DNA of 64,000 bases from an uncultured bacterium (GTDB taxonomy: Bacteria; Oederibacteriota; JAAXVQ01; JAUVAV01): positions 448,001-512,000 of the forward strand of contig CAVQBK010000013.1 of the NCBI GenBank assembly GCA_963710755.1. Reading direction: 5' to 3'. How positions within the stretch are numbered: the stretch's first letter is position 1; each line of letters starts with the position of its first letter. Shown here piece after piece: positions 19,542-28,845 of the stretch. The translations under genes were made by a program, and so were the position numbers. Below the pieces are notes generated by a model. That model did no database searches. It saw only the letters and a program-made list of their open reading frames with translations, and was not told the DNA's origin.

Positions 19542-20207
19542 TTAAAAAGCCAAACCAACGTTTACCCCACCGCCGACAAATCCAAAGATAATAATAGCCA
19601 GGGCACCCGCACCACTTGCATCACCTAAAGGAACAGTCGGTCCGACATCGAAAAAAAAGCCGAATATAAAACCGTTTTTATAAAAGTACTTTTGCCCCAT
19701 CTCAAATTTTACCATCGCTCTGGACCAAACCGTCTCGAAAACCACATCCGACCGGAGGCCCAAATATAATCCATGGGGCGCCGTTTCTCCCGGATATAAG
19801 CGATATGAAAATCCGGCGGCATGACCAGGTCCTGCCCCCCCGATATAACTTAAGCCACCGCGCACGGCCAAGGTGGATAGGGGGTTTAAAACCAACTCGA
19901 CCTCAATGTTTGGTTGAACAACAATTGTTGACAACAGGTTTATCGTCAATGAATTAAGCTGCCGATAGTGCCAGAGCTCTGAAAGTAAAATATGCTCATG
20001 AGTTTTGGCATTGAAAATGGTTTCGATTTCAGCTTGCGGAATTTCGACAACGTGGTGATTGGTTTCCAAGAAAATAGATTGGGTATCGGCATTAAAGAGA
20101 TTGCCCTGCTCCAGTCCACCCGCCTTCAAAATGACATTCACTGTTTCCGCACTGGCGGTTGCCGTAAGCAGACTTAATCCCAAGAGCCCCATGAAAACCC
20201 GTTTCAT
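19542..20207 (-). CDS. Exported protein: small N-terminal beta domain + DUF3575-like outer-membrane barrel
   Basis: Signal peptide (ASA-ETV), amphipathic beta strands, C-terminal Phe. Confidence 0.65.
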   Translation of the reverse strand: MKRVFMGLLGLSLLTATASAETVNVILKAGGLEQGNLFNADTQSIFLETNHHVVEIPQAEIETIFNAKTHEHILLSELWHYRQLNSLTINLLSTIVVQPNIEVELVLNPLSTLAVRGGLSYIGGAGPGHAAGFSYRLYPGETAPHGLYLGLRSDVVFETVWSRAMVKFEMGQKYFYKNGFIFGFFFDVGPTVPLGDASGAGALAIIIFGFVGGGVNVGLAF

Positions 20208-20279
20208 ATCTATCCCTTCCTACCCCACTTTTTATTATGGCAACACAAATCTTTAGTTGCCGGCACCAGGGTCATCGCT

Positions 20280-21023
20280 TTAAAAGCCATAGCCAAAACC
20301 AATGCTCATTCCAATCCTGAAGCCCTGGTCAAGGCTCTCGGGTGTGGTTGCAGATTCAAAAAGAAGATCACCCAGCAAGGTAAGTGCCCATGGGGTTTCT
20401 GGGCTGAGAAAGAAATGATAACCAAATTCCAAACCGGCATTCCAATAAGGATCGATATCATTTATCCAATCTTGCATATATTCCACGTTCGGACCAATCG
20501 AAAATCCTCGCGGCGCCTGCAGATCGGAAAGGAAGAAGCGATACCTTAATCCGGCGCCAAACCCGCGGAGAGGGAGTCTTCCTCTTCCGGCAAATGGCGG
20601 TCCGGTTTGAATCAGGCGCACCGCCAAACTTGTTGTGTTGGTTATGCGCCTTTCGACTTCCAACACTTTTACTCCTGCAAGCAAAGATAGTGGTTGGATG
20701 GTGATATTGGTTGGAACGGCCGAACGGTTTTCTGGGACCCTAGGAAGTGGCGATTTGACGAGCACGCGTTTTTCAGGATCACCTTCGGGATTTAAGGAGA
20801 ACGGCTGCTTAGTTTTTGAATCGAAGACCGTATTCACTTGATTTAAAGGGATTTTAACAACTTTCCCTTCATTTTCCAAATACAAGGTATCCTCGCTCAA
20901 CCCCAACAAAAGGCCTTGTTTTTCTTCTGAATCGTGCAAGATCACGGTCACAGTCTCCGCGGAAGCCAGGCAAGCAATGAGTATAAATATGAAGCTGAGC
21001 AAAACGCAGGCTGGTTTGAACAG
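20280..21023 (-). CDS. Paralog of the preceding gene (N-terminal beta domain + barrel); start uncertain
   Basis: ASA-ETVTVIL N-terminus shared with 19542-20207; ends GYGF. An AGAGGA RBS precedes in-frame ATT/CTG; the ORF track extends it to 21461. Confidence 0.6.
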   Translation of the reverse strand: MFKPACVLLSFIFILIACLASAETVTVILHDSEEKQGLLLGLSEDTLYLENEGKVVKIPLNQVNTVFDSKTKQPFSLNPEGDPEKRVLVKSPLPRVPENRSAVPTNITIQPLSLLAGVKVLEVERRITNTTSLAVRLIQTGPPFAGRGRLPLRGFGAGLRYRFFLSDLQAPRGFSIGPNVEYMQDWINDIDPYWNAGLEFGYHFFLSPETPWALTLLGDLLFESATTPESLDQGFRIGMSIGFGYGF

Positions 21024-21617
21024 AATGTTCCTCTTTATTAGAAGAATAAATAGTGAAACACACGCCATTTCACCCATGGGCTTAAAGAAGTGCATACGTT
21101 CCATATCATAGTATCGATTAATAAAATTTATCTTGTCAATGCCGGTTGGTCTTCTTGCGGCACCGGGCTTGAAAAACAAGTCGTCCTCACCTTCCTTGAT
21201 GGTTCGATGGGGCTTGATTGCCCATTGCGAATTTTGTTGGTCTAGGGCCTTCTTGACCCCTTTAACTCCCCACTGAAATCGCATGCTCCTAATCCCCCAA
21301 GTGTTTCTCGCATCCGCCATGGTGGTTCCGGTTCTTCTGCGAACAATTTCTTTATCTTCCACCTCTATTTTCAAGCATACCACATATACACTATCCGCTC
21401 CGGATACCAGCTGATTTTCTACGAGCTTGTCTGCACTTAGGTTTGGCCGGCTGCGCACCATGCAACCGTTTTATATTCCAAGCCCCAGAGACCACAACTA
21501 AGTCGTATCATGATTCAATGTCAAGGAATCGGAACACCTCTATGGCCCCGTGATCCTCGGGGGGGCATTTCAAGACCTGATTATTTCAATCCGGACCCCA
21601 TAAAGTCCGAAAAACGC

Positions 21618-22355
21618 TTAGTGCTGCTCTTCTTTCACCACCGGGCTGGGCTTGGCAATCAAACCGGAAGTGGTCACGTAGATCTCATAGCGGCTGCCGC
21701 TGCGGGCCGGCCGGGAGACGGCATTACCATAGACAGCCTCCACCAGGGGCAGCTGCAGATTGGTTTGGGTCAAGCCCCACCATAGCCAATCACGGCCGGC
21801 GTGAAGGGCGTAGGCCATATGACGCTGGTCCCGTTCATCTTTAGGGTTATCATAGATGCCCTTGAGTTGATTCAGACGGTAACCGGTATGAATACCCATA
21901 AGATTAACTTTGGGAACCCATTTTAAAATATGGGCATTCACTTCCCACATGTCCCCCAGCAGACTGTAGACTTGACCGCTTTGTTCGTGATTCTGCTGTA
22001 TGGGCGTGAAACGAACCAGCATTTCCTTGTTGCTTGGATTCCAGTTGAGCACATCCACCACGGCCACCAGTTTTTCCTTGGTAAAGGTTTGGTACGTTTT
22101 CAAACTCAACCCGGTGAGCAGCACCACCGCACCTGCCAGCATGATGATGACGACGACCATCAGCTGGAAAATCCAACGTCCCGGTTTAAGACCGGCCGAC
22201 CGTTTAATAGTCTTAGGATGACGCTGATGCAGACGTTCCACCATCACCAGCACTGTCCGTACCAGGGCCAGCAAACCAACAGCGATAATCACGGCGCCCA
22301 AGATCAACAGGCCGTTGCCGTTTTTCAACCAGGGAATCAAGTCCACGCCTGACAT
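21618..22355 (-). CDS. Hypothetical membrane protein (2 TM + soluble domain)
   Basis: Two hydrophobic segments, G.MW.V.A.ILKW and VYGNA motifs; coupled to the hisS stop. Confidence 0.7.
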   Translation of the reverse strand: MSGVDLIPWLKNGNGLLILGAVIIAVGLLALVRTVLVMVERLHQRHPKTIKRSAGLKPGRWIFQLMVVVIIMLAGAVVLLTGLSLKTYQTFTKEKLVAVVDVLNWNPSNKEMLVRFTPIQQNHEQSGQVYSLLGDMWEVNAHILKWVPKVNLMGIHTGYRLNQLKGIYDNPKDERDQRHMAYALHAGRDWLWWGLTQTNLQLPLVEAVYGNAVSRPARSGSRYEIYVTTSGLIAKPSPVVKEEQH

Positions 22356-23629
22356 CAGCTTACCTTTTGCCCGTGGTCATGGACATAACCCGGGATATCT
22401 TCCCAGGTCATTTTGGTTTGTTCCCCACTGGCCAGATGTTTTAATTCCACCTGCTGGCGGTCCACGAACACGGCGTAGGCGGCATGGAGTTTGTCCGCTC
22501 TTTTCATCATGGCCTTAATACTCTTGGACTCGTGCTCATAGCTCACCGCCAACCCCTGTTGTCTGAGTCGCATCACCTGTTGCAAAGTACTCAGGCGATC
22601 TTCCCCAGGTGCCACCACCAGCAAATCCGGATACCGCGGCTGATAAAAGGTGGGCGCAATCAGCTCCATGATTCTTTCCAACCCTAGCGACCAGCCAATG
22701 GCCGGCAGTGCCGGGCCTTCCAAATCCTGAAGCAGATGATCATAGCGCCCGCCCGCAGCCACGGCGTTCTGCGCGCCCAAGTTGGCGCTGACTATTTCAA
22801 AAACCGTGCGCGTATAATAATCCAATCCCCGCATTAAGCGGGGATTGATCCGGTAGTGGACCTCTAGTGCCTCCAGATAACCCACAACGTCCTGCTGATG
22901 GGTGCGGCAACCGTTGCATAAGGCATCCTGGATATTGGGAGCCTGTTGCATGACCGTGCGGCACTGTGGTTGCTTGCAATCAAAGAGTCGCAAGGGATTT
23001 TTATCCATCCGTTGTTGGCAATCAGAACACAGCTCAGTACTATGGGCACGGGCGTAATCACGCAATTGCCGGCTGTAGGCCGGCCGGCAGTCCTGGCATC
23101 CCACAGAATTGAGTTCTGTGTCAATGCCTGGAACCTGCAGGCGCTGTAGCATCTCCACCAGCATGGCCAGTGCTTCCGCATCCAAAGCCGCAGCCGCGCT
23201 GCCGATAAACTCCGCTCCGATTTGGGTGAACTGGCGCAAGCGCCCGCGCTGCGGACGCTCATAACGAAACATGGGCCCAATGTAAAAATAACGCTTAAGT
23301 CCTGGTGCTTGCTTATGAATCTCGTGTTCAATATAGGCCCGGACCACTGAGGCCGTGGCCTCCGGCCGCAAGACCATTTGGCTGTTGTCACCATCACCTT
23401 GATCTTTGGCCGGCACATAAAACATCTCTTTGTTCACAATATCCGTGCCCTCGCCCACACCTCGTTCAAAGAGATGCGTATGCTCCACAATGGGGGTTAT
23501 GATCTCACCCACGTCGTGAACACGAAAAAACTCCCGGGCTAAGGTAAAAATTTGTTGATAGTTCCGGGCGTCTTCTGGAAAGACATCTCGCATACCCTTG
23601 ACGCCGTGGTAACGATAGTTTTCAAGCAT
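22355..23629 (-). CDS. hisS: Histidyl-tRNA synthetase
   Basis: LRPEAT, FRYERPQRGRLRQFTQIG, RGLDYY, GGRYD. Confidence 0.98.
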   Translation of the reverse strand: MLENYRYHGVKGMRDVFPEDARNYQQIFTLAREFFRVHDVGEIITPIVEHTHLFERGVGEGTDIVNKEMFYVPAKDQGDGDNSQMVLRPEATASVVRAYIEHEIHKQAPGLKRYFYIGPMFRYERPQRGRLRQFTQIGAEFIGSAAAALDAEALAMLVEMLQRLQVPGIDTELNSVGCQDCRPAYSRQLRDYARAHSTELCSDCQQRMDKNPLRLFDCKQPQCRTVMQQAPNIQDALCNGCRTHQQDVVGYLEALEVHYRINPRLMRGLDYYTRTVFEIVSANLGAQNAVAAGGRYDHLLQDLEGPALPAIGWSLGLERIMELIAPTFYQPRYPDLLVVAPGEDRLSTLQQVMRLRQQGLAVSYEHESKSIKAMMKRADKLHAAYAVFVDRQQVELKHLASGEQTKMTWEDIPGYVHDHGQKVS

Positions 23630-23631
23630 TC

Positions 23632-25917
23632 TTATCTTACCCTTCCCAATTTATCATGATTTATTTCCAGGAAAATAGGTTGACGCTCAATCTCTCCCTT
23701 GGGCGTAATAATAGCTCGTCCGGTAATGCCGTTGAAGGCATGCATGGCCAACAGTTGTCGCTGGAAAGCAGAGCGTCGCATTTCCGTAGCCGGCATGGTT
23801 TTTAAAATGGCCGCCACCAGCCACATGGCATCATAGGCTTGGGCTGCCAGAGCCGTAGGCCGGTTGGCGAACATGGTTTGGTAGAGAGAGACAAACTCTT
23901 GGCTGCGGCGGTCGGGTAAATCAGGCCAGAACGCCACGCTAAAGACCGCATGGTCAAGAACATCCCGGCCTTGTCGTAACAGCTCACTGGTCAGCCAGGC
24001 ATCGGAACCAAAAACCGGCACCTTGATCTCATAAAATTCCAACTGGGAGGTAATTAAAATGGCATCGCGCGCAGGGACAGGCAGATAGAGGGCATCCATG
24101 TCTTTGAGATTTTGGCTGGGGGGGGTGCTCTTCACCCATGGTTTTTCCGCGCTGGTAAGGACTCTGCCGCTGTGGGCACTGATCAGGTTCAGCTTGACGT
24201 CAAAGGTTGCGCGTGGACTGTCTTCCCCAGGATTGACCAAGATATCCTGCGGACGCTGAACCACCTCGCCGAGCACCAAGTAATCCACCCCCAGAGCAGC
24301 GCCGGCTTTTTCACTCAAGGTCGTATCGATTTGAAAGGGGGACAATCCGGCCAGACGCAATTTTTTTAAGGTATCGGCCTGCGTCATCACTTCTCCGCCT
24401 TGCATGGGCGCTAAGGCATAGGAAAATTTTTCCGTCATGGTTTTACCCAGCCCCAGCTTGGTGGTCAATTCGCCGGTCTCACGAAAACGAATAATAGCGA
24501 TTTTTTTCTCCGGTTTGGCTGTTTTAGTGACGCCGGCCGCGCTATCCCGACTGGCAGGACTAATAATGTTGTTGAATTGCACGGCCACCTTTCCCATAAG
24601 ACGGTCCAGCGCTTTGCGTTCCCGCAGATCCGCATCCTTAAGTTTACCGGGATCAATGCCGCCTAGGGCCAACATTTGCGTTTTGAAGTCTGTGGCTCCT
24701 TGAGGATAGTTGAGTTGGCCTACAATCTCAGCACCCAGTGCCGTGGCTTTTCGGGCAAAGGCCCGGGCCAGCAGCTGGTCGTACTGGGCTTCACCGCTTA
24801 TAATACCGATACGATGCAGGTTCTTTCTGAGCACCACATATTCCGCCATCGCCGCACCTTGGGTTTCATTGGTCAGCATATAGCGAAACATATAGGGATC
24901 GAGCAACGGCAAGCCTTCCTCTCCGGCCGATGTGGTAATCACCGGAATGGGTTGACGCTTGAGCTCGGGGATAATGCCTTTCACCTCATCGGAAAGGGTT
25001 GGACCGATAATGGCCATCACTTTTTCCACATCCCGCAGGTAGATCAGCCCGGCCACCGCGCCCGCGGTTGTTCCTCGTGAATCAGCCATGATCAGTCCCA
25101 GCTGTTCGTCCGGACGGCGTTGTTGATTAAGCTGTTTGATCGCCACTTCCATGCCCTGTTTGATGGTTTCACCGTAGGGTGCGTAAGGCCCTGTCAGCGG
25201 CACCAGGCACCCGATGCGGTTGCGATTGATGGGAATAATTCTGGTGGCTTTGCTGATCAAATCCTTGGCCATGTTCACAAACCGGCTATTGGGAAAGGTT
25301 TGCATGAATTCTTTGAAAAGCTGAATAGCGACATCAGGCTTGCCCTGGTCCAACTGCCTTTTCCCACTCACAAAAAGCGCCTGTGCGTCCCATTCCGTAC
25401 CCCGGTAACTGGCTCTTACCCGGGCTAATTCCTCCAAGGAGAGGTTGTCATTAATAATTTTTTCAGCCAGTGCAGTGATCGCCTGTTGCGCATCAGCGGC
25501 CGGATATTTTCCCAACAATTTGGCCAGCCAGCTCAGAGCCGCCAAATAACGTTCCTGTTTCACATAGACCCGAGCCAGCATGATACCTGCAGCCGGCGCC
25601 CATTCGGACCGGGGGAAACGGTTGACGGTCAGGGTAAACTGGGTGCTTGCGGTCTTCCAATCCTGGCGATTAAAGGCATCCTGTCCGATCCAATAATGGG
25701 CTTTTCCAGCCTGGGGATCATTGGGATTGATGGCCACCAAAGCCTTATAATTACTGATCACTTTTTGGTCCACCGGCACATAGCCATAATTCAAAACGGT
25801 CATGGGGGATTTATCCAGGTAGCGCGGTGCGCACCCTCCCAGAAACAACAGGCCCGTCCAGAGCCCAAGTCCAGCCAGCGCCAGGGTGGCGGTTTTGGTC
25901 AACGTCATTGCCTTCAT
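23632..25917 (-). CDS. LpoA-like lipoprotein: TPR/BamD-like N-terminus + type I periplasmic-binding fold with an inserted domain
   Basis: Lipobox GGC, TPRs (FPRSEWA, FPNSRF), IGCLVPLTGPYA, IIGP.LS, AQAYDA. Confidence 0.8.
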   Translation of the reverse strand: MKAMTLTKTATLALAGLGLWTGLLFLGGCAPRYLDKSPMTVLNYGYVPVDQKVISNYKALVAINPNDPQAGKAHYWIGQDAFNRQDWKTASTQFTLTVNRFPRSEWAPAAGIMLARVYVKQERYLAALSWLAKLLGKYPAADAQQAITALAEKIINDNLSLEELARVRASYRGTEWDAQALFVSGKRQLDQGKPDVAIQLFKEFMQTFPNSRFVNMAKDLISKATRIIPINRNRIGCLVPLTGPYAPYGETIKQGMEVAIKQLNQQRRPDEQLGLIMADSRGTTAGAVAGLIYLRDVEKVMAIIGPTLSDEVKGIIPELKRQPIPVITTSAGEEGLPLLDPYMFRYMLTNETQGAAMAEYVVLRKNLHRIGIISGEAQYDQLLARAFARKATALGAEIVGQLNYPQGATDFKTQMLALGGIDPGKLKDADLRERKALDRLMGKVAVQFNNIISPASRDSAAGVTKTAKPEKKIAIIRFRETGELTTKLGLGKTMTEKFSYALAPMQGGEVMTQADTLKKLRLAGLSPFQIDTTLSEKAGAALGVDYLVLGEVVQRPQDILVNPGEDSPRATFDVKLNLISAHSGRVLTSAEKPWVKSTPPSQNLKDMDALYLPVPARDAILITSQLEFYEIKVPVFGSDAWLTSELLRQGRDVLDHAVFSVAFWPDLPDRRSQEFVSLYQTMFANRPTALAAQAYDAMWLVAAILKTMPATEMRRSAFQRQLLAMHAFNGITGRAIITPKGEIERQPIFLEINHDKLGRVR

Positions 25918-26870
25918 TCCGTTTTTTTCACTTCCTTTATTTTCTCCAGAACGATTTCCACCCGACGGTTTAATTGCCGTCCTTCCGGAGAATTATTAGT
26001 CGCCACCGGTCGGTTGGGACCCATGCCGACGGCAGTTAAAATATCCAGGGGAACCCCCTGCTGATTCAAGTAGGTAAGCACACTCTCGGCCCGGGCTTGG
26101 GAGAGTGTGTTGTTGGTTAAAAGATCACCAGTGCTGTCTGTATGTCCTTCGATTTTAACCACATAGCCCGGAAAGTCCTTGAGCACTTTGGCCACTTGAT
26201 CCAAGGCCGCCATCGCGCCCCGCTGGAGTTTGGAGCTGCCTGTATCAAAGAGGACTTTGCCCGATAAATTAATGACCAGGCCGCGCGCTTCCATTTTCAC
26301 CTGGGCATCCTTGATTTTTTGGGCTTCCGCTAAAAGACGGGCTTCTCTTTCTTTTTGTTCCTTTAAAAGGCGCTCCGCTTCAGCCCGTTTCCGCGCTTCT
26401 TCCTCGGCTTTCTGGGCCTCTGCTGCTGCCTTGTCTTCAGCTGCCTTTTTCTCAACCGCTGATTGCTGTAATTGCTGAACCGCAGCTTTCAAAGCAGCTT
26501 CTTTCTGGGTCAGGGCCATGAGCATGCTCTGTTGGGCAATAAGGGCCTGCTGGACCTGCTCATATTCCTGCTGGGCGGTAATCCGCCGTGCATCGGCTTC
26601 GGCAATCATGGCGTCAGCCTTGGCTTCAAAAGCCACTTCCTCCACGGTGCCGATGCTTTGTTCCGCGGCAAAGGCTGATTCCGCCTGGGCTAACAGTCGC
26701 TGGGCTAATTGAAATTCCTGCGGCACCAGCATCGGCGCTTGTGCTTTTTGGGCCATCCCCAGAGCTGCCCGGGCTTCAATCAGCGCCTGCGGCACCACGA
26801 TGGGTACGGTGGCGCACCCCGCGGCCAATAATCCCGCACCAGCGACTATCAGCATGAGCATCCGTTTCAT
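25914..26870 (-). CDS. OmpA-family peptidoglycan-binding lipoprotein with DUF4398-like helical N-terminus
   Basis: LAAGC lipobox, coiled coil, VLFDTG, IEGHTDS, LSQARAESV, NRRVEI. Confidence 0.92.
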   Translation of the reverse strand: MKRMLMLIVAGAGLLAAGCATVPIVVPQALIEARAALGMAQKAQAPMLVPQEFQLAQRLLAQAESAFAAEQSIGTVEEVAFEAKADAMIAEADARRITAQQEYEQVQQALIAQQSMLMALTQKEAALKAAVQQLQQSAVEKKAAEDKAAAEAQKAEEEARKRAEAERLLKEQKEREARLLAEAQKIKDAQVKMEARGLVINLSGKVLFDTGSSKLQRGAMAALDQVAKVLKDFPGYVVKIEGHTDSTGDLLTNNTLSQARAESVLTYLNQQGVPLDILTAVGMGPNRPVATNNSPEGRQLNRRVEIVLEKIKEVKKTE

Positions 26871-27337
26871 GGCTGCACCTCCTGGCCGGCTGTGGCCGTA
26901 GCCTTAGGCCCGGGCACAGGGGTGGTTTGGGCTGCTGTAACCGCAGCGGACCCTGCTTGGGCACCACTGCCCATCAAAGCCTGGTTTTGGGTTTGCACCT
27001 TCTCCAGCTGGGCTTTAAGGTCCTCAAGCTTTTGTTCGCTTTTTTTGTATTCTGTTTGAGCTCGCGCCACTTTGGCGTAGATCGTGGCTTTCTTGGCAAA
27101 TTCAAAGGCGCGCTCGAAAGCTTTGTTGGCATAAGCATCATTGGCAATGGCCAAGGCATCCTGGGCATAGCGCAAATGCTCATTGGCGAACGTTTTGGCA
27201 TCCGCCTTCTCTGCTGATTCTACGGCCACGCGGGCATTGGTTAATTGTTCCACCGTGGCCCGGGTGTCCATGGCCGCGCACCCCGTCATGGCCACCAGAC
27301 CGAGAAACGCCGTGATTTTGATGATGTCTTTAAGCAT
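26867..27337 (-). CDS. DUF4398-like lipoprotein
   Basis: Lipobox MTGC; Ala-rich helices typical of the gene paired with OmpA; GGAGG RBS. Confidence 0.75.
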   Translation of the reverse strand: MLKDIIKITAFLGLVAMTGCAAMDTRATVEQLTNARVAVESAEKADAKTFANEHLRYAQDALAIANDAYANKAFERAFEFAKKATIYAKVARAQTEYKKSEQKLEDLKAQLEKVQTQNQALMGSGAQAGSAAVTAAQTTPVPGPKATATAGQEVQP

Positions 27338-27568
27338 AGGTCCTCCTAAACCGCCAAAGCCGAAAATAAATGCCATTTCTCACATCAAACCGTTAAGCAA
27401 AAATTAAACCCATCTAAGATTAACCCATTATTTTATTTCAGTTTCTTTTGCTCTCCTTGGCACCTTTGCTGGGACATGTTTTTAAATGGTTTTCTCAGGC
27501 CAAGCTCGCAAAGCTGCTCAAGGGTTTTGTCCGCCATAGTCTCTTATCCCGGAATTTACTGTAACAGG

Positions 27569-28762
27569 TTAAGCAGATTTTCGACGCCCCACAATTCTAA
27601 CGGTTTCCTGAGCAATCATCAACTCTTCATTGGTGGGGATAACAAGGATTTTAATTTTGGAGCCTTTGGCGTGAATGGCCATTTTTTGGCCAACGGCAGC
27701 TTTGTTTTTTTTCGCATCCACACGCAGGCCCAGGCCTTCCAATCCCCGGCAGATGCGTTCCCGCAGCACCGGGCTTTTCTCCCCGATGCCAGCGGTAAAC
27801 ACCAGGGCCTGGGCGCCGCCGACAACAGCATGATAGGCTCCGATAAATTTTTGAATGGAATAGACAAAGACGTCGATAGCCAAGCGTGCCCGCCGATCGC
27901 CTTCCTTGGCTTTGGTCATAATTTCACGCATGTCATTGGAGATGCCCGAAAGGCCAAGCACACCGCTTTTTTTATTGAGCAGTTCATCCACCTGATGGGT
28001 TCCGAGGTTTTCCTTTTCCATAAGAAAGGGCACGATCGCCGGATCAATGTCGCCGCAGCGCGTACCCATAACCACCCCGGCCAACGGCGTCAAGCCCATG
28101 GACGTGTCCAGGCAGCGTCCGCGGCGCACGGCTGCAATGGATGAGCCGTTGCCCAAATGAAGCGTAATGATATTGGTCCGGGCCAGTTTTTGCTTTAATA
28201 GTTTGGCCGCTTCCAGGGTAACATACTTGTGGGAGGAGCCATGAAACCCATACTTGCGGATGCTGTATTTTTCGCTCAACTTGTGGGGCAAGGCATAAGT
28301 AAAGGCATGAGCCGGCATGGTCTGGTGAAAGGCCGTGTCAAAAACCGCCACTTGCGGGGTCTTGGGCAGCATTTTAATGCAGGCTTCAATTCCCACATAA
28401 CTGGCTTGGTGCAGAGGTGCCAGGGCCCTGCCGATTTTATTATTGAGCACATCCCGATTGACCAAAGTGGCGTCCTTGAATTGTGGACCGCCGTGGACAA
28501 CACGATGGCCCACGGCCACAATTTTTTCCGGTGAAGACACCAGCTGATCTTGAACCAGCCCGTTCATCATTTCCTTGATGGCCTGGGCATGATTAGACAG
28601 TTCAAGAGATTTAGCTTCCTGTTTTTGTCCTTGAAGCACGCGTGTATAAAGCGAACGGCCGCTGCCGATTTTTTCAAACAGCCCGCTGCCCAGTTCGGAT
28701 TGGTCTTGAAAAAGGCTGTATTTGAGTGATGAACTTCCGCAATTAACCACCAAAATAATCAC
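27569..28762 (-). CDS. ackA: Acetate kinase
   Basis: NCGSSSLKY, GHRVVHGG, FDTAFH, YGFHG, HLGNG, TNEE; GTG start after GGAGG. Confidence 0.96.
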   Translation of the reverse strand: MIILVVNCGSSSLKYSLFQDQSELGSGLFEKIGSGRSLYTRVLQGQKQEAKSLELSNHAQAIKEMMNGLVQDQLVSSPEKIVAVGHRVVHGGPQFKDATLVNRDVLNNKIGRALAPLHQASYVGIEACIKMLPKTPQVAVFDTAFHQTMPAHAFTYALPHKLSEKYSIRKYGFHGSSHKYVTLEAAKLLKQKLARTNIITLHLGNGSSIAAVRRGRCLDTSMGLTPLAGVVMGTRCGDIDPAIVPFLMEKENLGTHQVDELLNKKSGVLGLSGISNDMREIMTKAKEGDRRARLAIDVFVYSIQKFIGAYHAVVGGAQALVFTAGIGEKSPVLRERICRGLEGLGLRVDAKKNKAAVGQKMAIHAKGSKIKILVIPTNEELMIAQETVRIVGRRKSA

Positions 28763-28845
28763 TGCATTGTCCTCCGTAAAAAAAAATCCAAGCACCACGA
28801 GGCCGAGATAGCTTGGGCGCTTGGATCAGGCTTGAGTCCCCGGTC

